A stretch of 64,000 nt of DNA from Zancudomyces culisetae HAW-14-8 (GCA_052426225.1 JBNJNM010000010.1:682001-746000), one strand, 5' to 3'. Positions 11,393 through 23,132 are shown, numbered from the stretch's first letter. Notes: generated by a model not told the origin, from the sequence alone. Numbers and translations: made by a program.

Positions 11393-12349
11393 CTACATCT
11401 GAGCACTGTCTTTTGGCACCCCAGGTATAGGGGGTCTTGGCCTGCGGAGCGGACAGTTACGGAGAATGTGGTTCGGCTGACCACAGTATAGACAAAGATT
11501 ATTGGCTAATCTTCTCTGGCGTTCGGCTGTATCTAGCGGTGCTCTTGGACGGGAGGTGACGGCATCAACGTCCATTGGTTCAGGAGCCTGGTGATCTGGG
11601 ACAGGCATGGCTGGACGGGGGAAGACCGGTGAAGCCGGAGTACTCCAGTTGCGGAATGGGACGCTTCTCTTGGGCAGGTAGGCATTGCGGGCATTGATTC
11701 TGTTCTCAAGCTCAATCACCTGATCAATGAGCTGGTCCAAGGTGTTTGGTAGCGGTTCAGTGGCAAGGCGCTGGACAAGGCTAGTATCCAATCCGATGTA
11801 AAACAGGTGGATTTTGGCTGGCTCGTTGAATCCACTGAGAGAGGCGAGGTTTCTGAACTCGGTTGCAAATTCCAGGACGGAACGCTGGGACTGGCGGCAA
11901 CTATGAAGCTGGGTGATAGCTCGGGCTTGGTGGCCAGGATCTGAGAATCTCTTTTGAAATTCATTCTCAAACCCTTTGAAATCTGAGAGCAACGGTGATT
12001 GGGTATCGATAAGGTTATCGAACCACAGGGCAGCATGACCGGCAAGGTGAGAACTGATGAACCATATCTTGTTATGGTCACTCTGGAACACGTCTGGTCT
12101 GGCCCAGAACTGGCGCTTGATCTCGGCGGTGAAGGCTCGGAACCTTCCTGATTCTCCTGAGTATTTCTGGATTTCTGGTATTCTGATACCATCAATCCTT
12201 GGCTGCGGATTTGGTGCAGGCAAATTCTGCAACTGACTGGGGACTTGGGCGGGTGTCTGGGCTTGAGCTTGACTTTCTTGCAAAGCTTGTTGCATAGCTA
12301 ATTTTGCGATCTCATCTAATTGGTGGACCATCATTAACTCTTCAACCAA
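11393..12349 (-). CDS. gag: Chromovirus gag with CCHC zinc knuckle
   Basis: PEPMDVD motif, CLYCGQPNHILRNC knuckle, retrotransposon gag core (WF..F..EF..RF). Confidence 0.9.
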   Translation of the reverse strand: MVEELMMVHQLDEIAKLAMQQALQESQAQAQTPAQVPSQLQNLPAPNPQPRIDGIRIPEIQKYSGESGRFRAFTAEIKRQFWARPDVFQSDHNKIWFISSHLAGHAALWFDNLIDTQSPLLSDFKGFENEFQKRFSDPGHQARAITQLHSCRQSQRSVLEFATEFRNLASLSGFNEPAKIHLFYIGLDTSLVQRLATEPLPNTLDQLIDQVIELENRINARNAYLPKRSVPFRNWSTPASPVFPRPAMPVPDHQAPEPMDVDAVTSRPRAPLDTAERQRRLANNLCLYCGQPNHILRNCPLRRPRPPIPGVPKDSAQM

Positions 12350-12489
12350 TAATTAGAAGTTTCCCAAAATGTCAGGTACTATTTTATTTAAGTTGGTAAA
12401 CTTAATGTTCCCAAGTTAGGATTCAAAGGTAATTAAATATGATTAAAAATAAATATTAAAACTTATGGGTAAATAATGCGATTCTGACA

Positions 12490-14926
12490 CCTACAGACCA
12501 GGAAAACAAAGTGGTAAACCTGATGCACTTTCAAGATATAGTAATAGTGATGATTCAAAAGTTTTAAATCACAATATTATTGAGGGAAAACACTTTATTA
12601 ATGCAATCAAAATACCACAATGTGAACTTATAAACAACATTAAACATATATTGAGCAGAATAATATCGATATTAATGATTTAAAACATCAACTAAAAGAA
12701 TCGGATATCATTATAAAACGTAATGGATTAATATATATTAATGAAAAAATATATGTATATGATGTACTAAGGATACAATTACTTCAAGAAGTTCATGATT
12801 CAGGTGCAGCTGGACATTTTGGGATACATAAAACAATAAAAAATTAGGATCGAAACTATTTTATAAAACAAAAAATGAAATATGTGAAAGAATATATTAA
12901 TACATGTGATGTATGTCAAAAAAATAAAAGTAACAGACATAAACAGTATGGATTGCTTCAACCGTTACCATAGCACCTGGACCATGGAAATCTATAACTA
13001 TGGACTTCATTACAGATCTCCCAAAGTCAAATGGGTATACAACAATTGTAAAAACTGGTTTAGGAATATTTAGCTTAGTACTATTTTATTTATTTATATA
13101 AGACAATTGTTGTCAGATAAGGAATAGAAATTTTAAGGAAAAAACTAGGGTTTTTATACTTATAAAAAAGTTAGAAACTTGAATAAAAATTATTGCGTCT
13201 ATCGCTTGATTACTAATCAAAATGTTCTAGACAGGAATTAATAATTAAAATCATTAAGTAATAATAAAATTTCTAGAATGTTCTTAGAAAATCATGAAAT
13301 GATAATTACGAATTTATTAATTAAAATTCGTAATTTAAACTTACCAATAAATATAAATAGACACAACGGTCTAGAATTTAATTATTTTATGGTTATGACA
13401 ACAATAATGGTTATTGTTGATAGAAATACTAAAATGGCACATTTCATACCATTTAAAAAGTTGCCGATTTCACCCGAAACAGTTACTGCATACATTAATA
13501 ATGTTTTTAAACTACATGGTAAACCTGATGAAATCATTTCTGATAGAGGATCTCAGTTTATAAGCAAGTTTTGGAAGCGTTTTTACGAACTTTTAAACGT
13601 AAAATTATAACTTAATAGTGCTTATCACCCTGAAACTAATGGTCAAACTGAGCGTACAAATCAAACATTAGAGCAATATTTAAGGTGTTACAGTGACTAC
13701 ATGCAAGATAACTGGTGCAAACTACTGCCATTAGCTGAATATTCATACAATAATGCTTATCATAGTGCAATTAAGATGTCACGATTTAAAGCATTATATG
13801 GTTTTGATACTTCATTTTCACCACAAATACCAACTATTGAGTTAATTCCAAGTGCAGAAAACCGTGTTATAGAACTGGAAAAACATCATCATGACATCAA
13901 AAAAGTGTAACAAAATGCAACTAAAACTGGAAAAAAGTTTGCAGATAGGAAGCGAAAACGACATCCAAAGTTTAAAATAGGTGATAAAGTATGGCTAATA
14001 CGTAAAAATGTACAAACTACAAGGCCTACAAATAATTTGGACAACAAAAAGATAGGTCCATACAAGGTTATAGGAATAATAAACGACGTCACATTTAAGC
14101 TACAATTACCACCAAACTTGAAGATACATCCAGTATTTCATGTATCATTGCTAGAAAAATATCACACATCAGAACTCGTGATAAGACCAGACATCAGACC
14201 CCCATCACCTGTAATTATCAATAATGAAATAGAATATGTGGTAAATAAAATTTTGGATACAAAAGAAATTGATGGTACCACATATTATTACATTGATTAC
14301 GAAGGATATGGACCTGAAGAACGAAGTTGGGAGCGTGAACAGGATGTTAACGCACACGAAAAAATACAAGAATTTTGGCTCAGCAAGATTGAAAACGAAC
14401 GCGAGTCAGATTAATACACACATAGTAAGTACCCTTAAAAGGGGGGTAATGTTATAATTACACATGTATCATAACAATATTTTATATTTAATACAATATG
14501 GTATTAAATAATATTAATGATATTAAATGTCTATCATTAATACTAATTAATTATTAGTTTATATTATTTAATTATTATTTAATAACTAGTTTAAAACATT
14601 AATATTGATACAATGATCAATATTAAATGTATCATCATTATTATTATGTATATTAATGAAATAAGTTTATTATTTATAAATATTTATCATAATATTAGTT
14701 TTAGATTTATATTACGTTTTATTATAAACTTAGTTGTATAAAAGGATATACATTTTCCTTTGATGAACAACTAAGTTTAACAATCTCGTTATTACAAATA
14801 AAGTTATATTAGTTATATTTTTATTACTGTGTGTTTTCATAAACATATAATTAATAGCTTTCAAAAACTAACTGTGTGATAGTTTGTTAATACCATTATA
14901 ATTGTGTATAATATTGGTATCTAACA
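12490..14926 (+). mobile_element. 5'-truncated degenerate chromovirus (RNase H end, integrase, chromodomain, PPT, 3' LTR 14450-14926)
   Basis: YRPGKQSGKPDALSR at 12492; HDSG..GHFG; GPYKV; chromodomain EYVVNKILD..YYIDYEGYGPEERSWE (14037-14414); PPT AAAAGGGGGGTAA before TGTTA...TAACA. Confidence 0.88.
13047..13400. mobile_element. Solo LTR (354 bp) inserted in an integrase
   Basis: TGTA...GACA ends; exact 5-bp TSD ACAAT (13042-13046 and 13401-13405); the integrase sequence rejoins across it. Confidence 0.9.
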
Positions 14927-15130
14927 ACCACCTAGTTCAGTAAGTCCCGATATTCAGATAGATCCGACTGAGTAGACATATCAGATTATTCAAAAGCCCA
15001 AATAACCAAGATAGGTTTAAATAATTTAGCTTAACAAACATTTTAAGTAGATTAGATTTTACAGAAAACAGTTAGCTAAGATGAAATAAAAGAATTAAAA
15101 CCAACTACAAACCAACATACCGAAAGCAAT

Positions 15131-15567
15131 ATGACCATCCAAACAAACTGACAAATAGTGTTCACTGAAGAGCAGTTTAAAAACATGTTAGCGACAATTT
15201 AAGAGGAAAAAGTGTAAAAGAGAACCTCACTGGTTAATCCAACCTATTTCGAAGGTCGTCCTTCAGAGAACATTGAACAGTGGTTATTACAGTTCAAAAT
15301 ATGGAGACGTAACAGCGGAGAATTGACGATAAACGGCTGATAATCACAGCACCAGGATGCTTAAGAAAAAACACTCTAGCGTGGATTCAATCCTGGATAA
15401 GCGAGGATAAAGAAGTTACTAGATGGAGTAATTGGAATAGCTTTGAGACGGCATTAACAACGCGGTTCAAAAAATTACAACGAACTCAAAAGCTCAGAGA
15501 TAGACATCACATCTAAGGCAAACTGGATCGGTGATACAGTATTCCGAGGAATTCCACAACCTAAAAA
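15131..15567 (+). pseudogene. Degenerate retrotransposon gag
   Basis: With stops and frameshifts it reads PTYFEGRPSENIEQWL..ALTTRF..QTGSVIQYSEEF. Confidence 0.75.
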
Positions 15568-15972
15568 TGTCAGGACCTGACAACTAAGTATTATTTTATT
15601 TTATTTTATCTAGTTATTTAAAGTAGTATATATCTTGTGAAGAATTTTATTTCTGAAGCTTCTCTTTCAATATAATCTATGACTATATAACTTTTCCAAA
15701 ACTACTAAAACTATGAAAAACATTGTTATAACTATATAGAAAATTCTAGTATGTTAGAATTCTAGAATGATTACTAATCAATTGATAAGTAATGTAAAAC
15801 GTGTAATTGCGCAGCAAAATGTCGTAATTTTAACACGTTTCTAAATTACCTTATCTACTGCGCAATCAACAAAATTAAATTTCCCAAAATGATTTTTGAG
15901 AAATTGCGCAGCAGTTTAGTAATTAAATACAACACGTGTATTTAATTTCAAATGGCATGATAAATCATGACA
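15568..15972. mobile_element. Solo LTR (~405 bp) interrupting the gag remnant
   Basis: TGTCAGGA...TCATGACA termini; carries the TGATTACTAATCA palindrome; no clean TSD. Confidence 0.75.
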
Positions 15973-16044
15973 ATACTTGAAGATTAAGTTACCCTAGAAA
16001 CGAAGATGAGCAATCCAAAAAAAACACAGAAACATAGCGAGAAT

Positions 16045-16204
16045 TGTTATGGTTTTAAATTATATGAAACCTTTGTCTCCACCAGAAAATGTTTCATATA
16101 ATTATCAATTATTTCCATAACATATACCGACCTCCACATTATTAATTTAAATGTCTAAATTAATTTTTAGTTAAGTTTTCAATTTAGTTTTATTGTAACA
16201 TTAT
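16045..16204. mobile_element. Partial LTR of the 6195/19125 family
   Basis: tgttatggttttaaattatatgaa...ccgacctccacattattaatttaaatg is shared with 19125-19425. Confidence 0.85.
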
Positions 16205-16876
16205 TGTTAGGAATGGCCAATTCCCGGAAGATTACAATTATTTACAATTTGGCCTAATAAAAATCTAACCTATTTTATATATATTTCCGGTTTTCTAATA
16301 TGCCATTCCGACATTGGAATCATGTTTGCTAAATTCACCATGAATTTTCTGATTATTTTATTGGGAAAATTTACTAAGAAATATCAAGAAATTTTCCAAT
16401 ATTTAAATTTAACAAAAATCCTTGAAAAAACATTGGATTACCAAATCCATGATATAATTTGATATCCAAAACCATGATAAAAATGAAAATAATTAAATGC
16501 GAAAATCGATAAACAAAATCAATGCTAAAATCGATATTCAAAAGCATTGTTAAATTTGATAAATATAAACAATGTTAAATTGATAAACCAAATATATGTA
16601 AAAATCAACAAATGATAATCATAATTTTAATGATAAGTAGATAACTTAAACTAGATCAATTTTAAATATCAAATTAATAGTAATTATATTACAGAGTGGT
16701 ATCAAATGAGTGTATCATTTTATTGGTTAAAAATCGAAATTTCAAAGCTAAAATTTTTAATTTTTAAAAAAGCTATCGAAAATCCAATTTTAGTTCCTTA
16801 TCATTTTTTTCTTCGCACTAGGTACACTTAACCTTTAAGAAAAGAGAGATAATTAAATAAAACCACATAAAACAAG

Positions 16877-19048
16877 ATGAGCCAAGAACAAGATATAAAC
16901 GCTACTTTACAATTCCTGGTGGAGAGCATCAATACATTAATGCTGAACCAACAGGCAATGGCCGCAAAGGCAACGGAAAGGGCGGAGAACTCAACAGCAC
17001 CACCCGCAGAAGTCCCACCAGAAGTCCCACCAGTAATGGCGTCAACCTCAAGAGCGCAGCTGGGACCACATCTCGCAATCAGAAGTGAGCTGGTGAAACT
17101 AAGAACGTATCATGAGTTGGTCGCATTCGTGCCATCCATAGGATAAAACTTTTACAAAACCGCGTACACGGGAAAAGAAAGAGCTGAAGTCTACCAAAAG
17201 TTTTATAAAAACACGGACATGAATTATAAGCCCCCGAAGATCAGTGAGGCAGCCAGCCAGTCAGCTAAAAGGTCGGAGACCAACCTTTACAACATCCAGG
17301 CGGGGTTGGCACAGATCACCAGGCCACTCGATACCATGGCCCATAGCATAATCTCCAAGGGCGAGATTACCGACGAGAGAGCCGAATTCCTGGAGTTCAT
17401 CAACACAATAAGAACTCTGCTAGGAGACCAGGCCACGCAGATCACGCAGAAGCGTATCGACAACATGTACGCAAGGATGAATATAGGCGCAAAGCCAAGA
17501 CAGATCATCGAGGAAAAAGACGAAATCTTGGAGACCAAGCTGGTTGAAGAAGACTAGGCCAAGCAAAGGCCCTTCGCTAGAAAGAAGGGCAAGTTTTTTC
17601 GGAAGCGCCAGCAGCAGAGTGCAAGTCAATTCCAGCACCAAGGGCAAACAGCTGCACAGGCGCAAAACAATGTGGGAGCCCAGAGCCAGACCCTAACAAG
17701 AGCCCGGCCAAACTTCAGGCAGTACCCAAACAGAGCCAGAAATCAACCCTTAACCAAACAGTAGGGGGCCGGTTGCAGAGATCCAGAATGCATGGTGGTC
17801 AATCCCAACCAGCAAGTGGTGCTGGGAGGTGGTCAGCAAGGGGTTCGAGATACCCTTGATACATTGCCCACTAGTGCGGGTGCACCAGGAAACCAACCCG
17901 CAGAGACATCCAGGCAGTCCGGACAAAGAAGCGGTCATAGACCAGGAGGTGGCGGCCCTCCTGGGGAAAAAGGCCATAGTGAAAGTCGCCGGGGATGCAC
18001 CGGGGTTCTACTCCCCAATGTTTTGCATCCCCAAGAAGAACGGCAAGATGCGACCCGTCTTGGACTTACGACGGCTGAACCAGTTCGTGGTGAAACAGAA
18101 GTTCAAGATGGAGTCTCTCAAGAGCATTTGCCAGCTGATCAGGCGGGGAGATTTTATGACCTCCATAATCTCCAAGACGCCTTCCTCCACGTAAAGATGC
18201 GAGAGAAATCTCAGCCTTTATTAAGATTCGTGTGTTAGGGGGTGCACTACCAGTTCACGGTGCTACCCTTTGGACTGACAGCTTCACCTTTGGTTTTCAC
18301 CAAGGTGATGCGACCAGTCTTAGCTTGGGCGAGAGGTCTGGGTATGCGGGTCGCGGCATACCTGGACGACCTAAAATATTGGGTCAAACCAAACAGATCT
18401 GCGCAGAGAACACCGCCAGACCGGCCAAGAAGCTAGCAGCACTAGGTTTCTTGGTAAACAAAGAGAAGTCTACCCTGGAGCCCAGCCAGGATATGGAGCA
18501 TCTCGGATTCAAAATCCAGACGCGCCATATGACTCTCAAGGCCCCCATCGAGAAGATCAGAGACGTGAGGAGACTAGCCTCACGACTTCTCGCACAGGGG
18601 GAAACCACTATGAGGGAAATTGCAGCCATAGTGGGGAAGGCCCAGGCACTGTCCGCCGCGATTCTTCCGGGTATCCTCCAAACACGGAGGTTACTAGAAC
18701 TCAAGAATCAGGCTCTCCAGCAGGGCAAGACATGGGAGAGCAGGGTCAGAATCTCGGAGCCCGCCAAGGAGAACCTCAGCTGGTGGGTTCAGCAGACCGA
18801 GGGGTGGAACGGCAGGTCGTTTCTGCCGGAGAAACCCGAGATCATGGTGTTTACAGACGCCTCAGACTCAGGGTGGGGGGTAGTGATCAACAGCAGACAC
18901 TACTCCGGGAAGTGGAGCAAGGAGGACAGCCTGCTCCACATCAACGAGAAGGAAATGCGGGCAGTAGAGATAGCCTGCAATCTCAAGGAAGTCCGCGGGA
19001 AGGCCGCGAAGATATATGCATACAACGTGTCAACGTTGGCATATATGA
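16877..19048 (+). mobile_element. DIRS-like (tyrosine-recombinase order) retrotransposon, 3'-truncated: gag-like ORF, RT, RNase H; no YR or MT domain left
   Basis: GFYSPMFCIPKKNGKMRPVLDLRRLNQF..KFKME; YQFTVLPFGL..SPLVFTK..YLDDL; WNGR..FTDASDSGWG..HINEKE, all typical of DIRS1-like RT/RNase H; several frameshifts. Confidence 0.9.
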
Positions 19049-19763
19049 TGTCATGAACTGATTCTAGAATTTTCGAAATCGTTCTAGAATCATCAGATTT
19101 ACATCCGCAGTAATGTTTAGACTGATTTATGGTTTTAAATTATATGAATCGCTTGTCTCCACAAGACAATGTTTCATATAATTTATCAATTATAACCATA
19201 ACATTTACCGACCTCCACATTATTAATTTAAATGTTTTAGTTATGTTTTAGTATGTTTTAAATTAGTATAATTTTAACATTATCGTCCCATCATGAAAAG
19301 TATATAAGCTATACGATTATCATGATGGAACGATAAGTTTTACAACGAGTTTAGTTTCGTTTAGTTTATTCACTTATAGTCTAGTTTATTTATAAATATA
19401 TTTTATCCAAGTCCAGACCATGACAGACTGTTCCCAACAATCTATAACATTACCGAAAATTCACATTATTTCTTAATTTTTCTTACGTAATAATATACAC
19501 ATGTTTAATTATATTAGCATTCATATTAGATTTTTGTTTGAAAACTATCCAATTTGATTAGTAATCAAACACGTTTTTATTTAGCTTTCATTTTTAGCTA
19601 TTCCGCAGTTTTCATAGTGATTTTGTTCAAAAACCAAGGCTGGATAAAAGTATAAAAAGGGTACATTTTCCATTCTTGGATTCAGTATCTAGTATCTTTT
19701 ATACATTCATACAATAAACTTTAATAATAATATATATAACTCTCCAGACTCCAGACCTTGACA
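19049..19763. mobile_element. Solo LTR with a nested solo LTR; joins the DIRS RNase H to a Gypsy integrase
   Basis: TGTCATGA...CCTTGACA termini; the two flanks come from different elements, so no TSD. Confidence 0.75.
19125..19425. mobile_element. Nested solo LTR (hairpin-rich family)
   Basis: 5-bp TSD GACTG (19120-19124 and 19426-19430); inverted copy of 6195-6496. Confidence 0.9.
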
Positions 19764-21464
19764 GTTCTACAGTTAAAGAAAGAGAAAAGATTAGGAATAA
19801 GTCAAGACAATACAAGTTAAACAAAATAAACTTTTTCGAGTAGTAAGTGGTAAATTAAAAGAAGTACTTAACGAAAGAAACTCAAAGAATTTCATTACAA
19901 GGGTGCACAATGAGGGACATGAAGGTATAGAAAATACCTGGGTAAGAGTATCTACAAAATATAAAGGTAAAAATTTGTTTAAAGAACTTGAAGACATAGT
20001 CAGGAGTTGCCACACATGTCAATTTTATAAAGGCGGTAAGGAAAAAAGAAATAAACTTGTACCGATAATTATCAAGTACCCATTTCAAGTATTCGGTATT
20101 GATGCCATCGGACCAATCTCACCTAAAAGTAGTAGCGGAAACAGGTTTATACTTACGGCAGTGGACTACTTTACGAATTGGCAGGTAGCGGTACCCGTAC
20201 CAAACCTTCTTTCCGAAACAATAGTAATTTTTATAATAAACGACATAGTTGCTTACTTTGGTGACCACAACAAATCATTTCGGATCGCGGTTCGAGTTTT
20301 GTTTCTAATATTACTACATCTATTTTTGAGTGGCTCGGCGTTAACCACACTCCTACTACTTTGTACAGACCTCAAAGTAACGGTCAGGTGGAGCGCCTGA
20401 ATCGTACTTTGGTAAATATTCTATTTAAACAATGTAAAGATGTCAAATCTAATTGGATTCTTACCTGTGGAAATCTCATTTAGTAATTCGATCTCTAAAA
20501 AATAAATCTACTGGTTATACTCCAGCTGAGTTATTATATGGCATGAATATATATTTACCTAGCACATGGAGCTACAACGGCGAAATTGAAAACGAAGAAA
20601 AAATATAAACGAAAGAATAAAAAATTTTGAAGTTAATTTACCAGAGATAAGAAATTTAGCCTATAGGAGTTCAGTATTAGCTAAAAACATAATGGTTAAA
20701 GAATATAACAAAAGCGTTAAAGTATATAAATTTACTATAGGTGATGGAGTTTTAAAAAGATTAGAAATAGATAAGCCGAAATTCGAAAGTCATTGGGAGG
20801 GACCGTACGAAGACGAAAGAGTGTTAACGTAAGGAGCATATATCATACACAATAACAATGGAAATCGAGAATTAATAAATGGGGATTTGTTAAAGATGTA
20901 CAATGTGAGAAATGGAATGATTCCCGAAGTAACTACGACATTGAAATCTAAGTAAAAACGGTTCAAAAATCGAGAAAAAGATGGGGGCATCTATGCTTAA
21001 AAGGGGGGGTACTGTTATATAGCGACGCAGATCACCTCTAGTCACTATATAATCTACTTTCTAATAATATTGGTTTTATTATATTAATTTTATATTACTT
21101 TTTGTAGATCATAATATTTGATCTGTTATAGTATATTATTATTTTATACATAAATTCTAGGTTCATGCATAGTATTTTTCATCTTCGGATTATTTCTAGG
21201 CATGAACAAATATAAAAAAAATAGTTATAGGTTTATTAGTAGTTTAGGTATATATTAAGTTTATTATAGTATATTATATTATTATAAATACTACATATTT
21301 TTCTTGTAGTAGCGTTATCAAATAAATCACATAAACATAGTTTGGTCTATTTACTAAAGTCTTTAACATATATAGTGAAAACTTGATTAAAAATAGTACT
21401 TAGTATATATTAGTTAACTAGTAAATATTTTATTTATAGCGGTTAAGAACCTAAAATGCTAACA
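19764..21464 (+). mobile_element. 5'-truncated Gypsy element (degenerate integrase, PPT, 3' LTR 21013-21464); oldest clearly resolved member of the tRNA stack
   Basis: HNEGHEG..CHTC, GIDAIGP, QSNGQVER, WEGPY; PPT AAAAGGGGGGG; LTR related to 23834 and 35690. Confidence 0.9.
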
Positions 21465-21468
21465 AAAC

Positions 21469-21843
21469 TGTCGTTTGAATATAGTATAAGTAAAACTGTA
21501 TTTGAGAACTCATGTTGTTTTATTTTAGTAATTCTAAACCCTATATATAAATTCTAAAAAAATTTTAATCCTAATAAAATGCTTTAATCATATAAATTTT
21601 ATGATAACATGTGAAATATTAATAATCTGAAACAAGTAAATGAAACATAAGCTAAAATTGTAAATCCAGTCATTAAAATTTATAAACGTGTTATGGATGA
21701 TTTTATCAACTGTCGATCCATCTTAAATGCTTTGTCATGCGGATTTACGGGAATGTAACGTAAATTTAATCTAACCATCTTAGCAATTTATTAATGACTT
21801 AGTGGAAATAAATTATAAATTTCGGTGATTAAAATTCACGACA
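21469..21843. mobile_element. Solo LTR (375 bp)
   Basis: TGTCGT...ACGACA termini; 4-bp and 2-bp spacers to its neighbours. Confidence 0.8.
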
Positions 21844-21845
21844 CA

Positions 21846-22068
21846 TGTTATATAGTAATGATATATACCTGTATTACCTTGTATTTTATTGGTTAATTTA
21901 AATAGTATTATTTTATGTATTAAATAGTCTAGTTTTGAATTAATTAATATAATGTCTTTTTCTCCCACAATAATTATAGTACTAATATATAAGAATAAAA
22001 ATCCCGTCCTGTATAATACTGGGTAATTATATTACTCAGTAGGACGTTAAAAATGTAATTATACAACA
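21846..22068. mobile_element. Solo LTR (223 bp)
   Basis: TGTT...AACA termini; homologous to 6497-6662, with a related 3' end in 30108-30361. Confidence 0.8.
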
Positions 22069-22075
22069 ACTCAAC

Positions 22076-22845
22076 TGTCGAATAAGTAAAACTAGTAAAC
22101 TACTATTAATGCATGGATAACATTTCCATATTTTAATAGTTTGAATTAAAACTGGACATAATTTAAAAAATTAAGAAAATGAAAATTAATGGACTCAGCA
22201 TGAAATTAATTCTTCATACTGCGTCCATTCAATAATGATGAATGTAGTATGAGAAATGTTCACATACATGTTCATACTACATCAATATTATCAAACCTAA
22301 ATATTATTTTATTAGTTATACCTTATCATGTTTATAGTCTATTTAGAGAACAAAATGATTTTATAGTTTATATTTAAAGGATACATGGTGGAAAAGAAAC
22401 CATCATCCATGTCCTACCATACGGATTAGTAATAAAGATTATCTAAATAAAGATTTTTAAACAGCAAAAACAAAAGTAAAATAAAAAACAATGATCAACT
22501 ATCTTTTTGGTACAGGTGCGAATGAATCTAGGAGAGATTCTTCCATCTCATCAAACAGCACCAGGGGCAGTAGCATGGACCAAGAGACAGGGGTGTTAAG
22601 CCCCCGAACACTTGGGGAGTTGACGGAAAGTGTTCGTCAACTTCGAATCCGTAGAAGCCCGGAGTCAATGTCCGTGAGTACTATCTCACCGACATTGTAT
22701 AGGGATAATAGCTCAACTGAGCCTCCCTTGATGCACATCACGCTACGGGGTAGCAGTGCATCAATATCCAGTGATTATACACGAACCGGTATGTCACGTG
22801 CAGAGACTAGTATTCAGAACTCTCAGGGTTTTGAATACTACGACA
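22076..22845 (+). mobile_element. Solo LTR (770 bp) carrying a Ser-rich ORF (ATG 22491, open to the LTR end)
   Basis: TGTCG...CGACA termini; near-identical inverted copy at 41894-42666. Confidence 0.88.
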
Positions 22846-22859
22846 CACGACAGCAGGGG

Positions 22860-23132
22860 TGTCGTATAAAATTTACTATTGTTGCTATGTATACGATTTA
22901 TTGTGAAATTTGAAGGTAAAGTTCGAAACAGAGGAAATTAGCTTTGCTTATATCTAATTTCCGTTGTACTAATAAATAAGTTTATACTAATAAATACAAC
23001 TAAATCATAGGATAATAAGTAATTGTTAATTTTGCTCACAATAGGATGTTCGGTTGATCCTATTGTGAGAAGATTAACCGCCGATCCCGCGATTCTCTCT
23101 AGGAAAATCTTATTGTGCAAATTTTCCCGACA
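22860..23132. mobile_element. Solo LTR (273 bp)
   Basis: TGTCG...CGACA termini between short spacers. Confidence 0.72.

Larger units (their letters stand above)
6909..12489 (-). mobile_element. Chromovirus (Tf1/sushi-like Ty3/Gypsy) with 120-bp LTRs; defective and possibly chimeric
   Basis: LTRs 12370-12489 (5') and 6909-7028 (3'), about 11 differences; PPT GAAGGGGGGATAA (7029-7041, minus); gag-PR-RT-RH-IN-chromodomain order; flanks GACGT/CCTAC do not form a TSD. Confidence 0.93.

Noticed and set aside
16205-16704. LTR plus tRNA-iMet PBS (TGGTATCA at 16697) in front of the DIRS gag
   Set aside because: Only an 8-nt match, weak terminal repeats and no second copy; cannot be supported.
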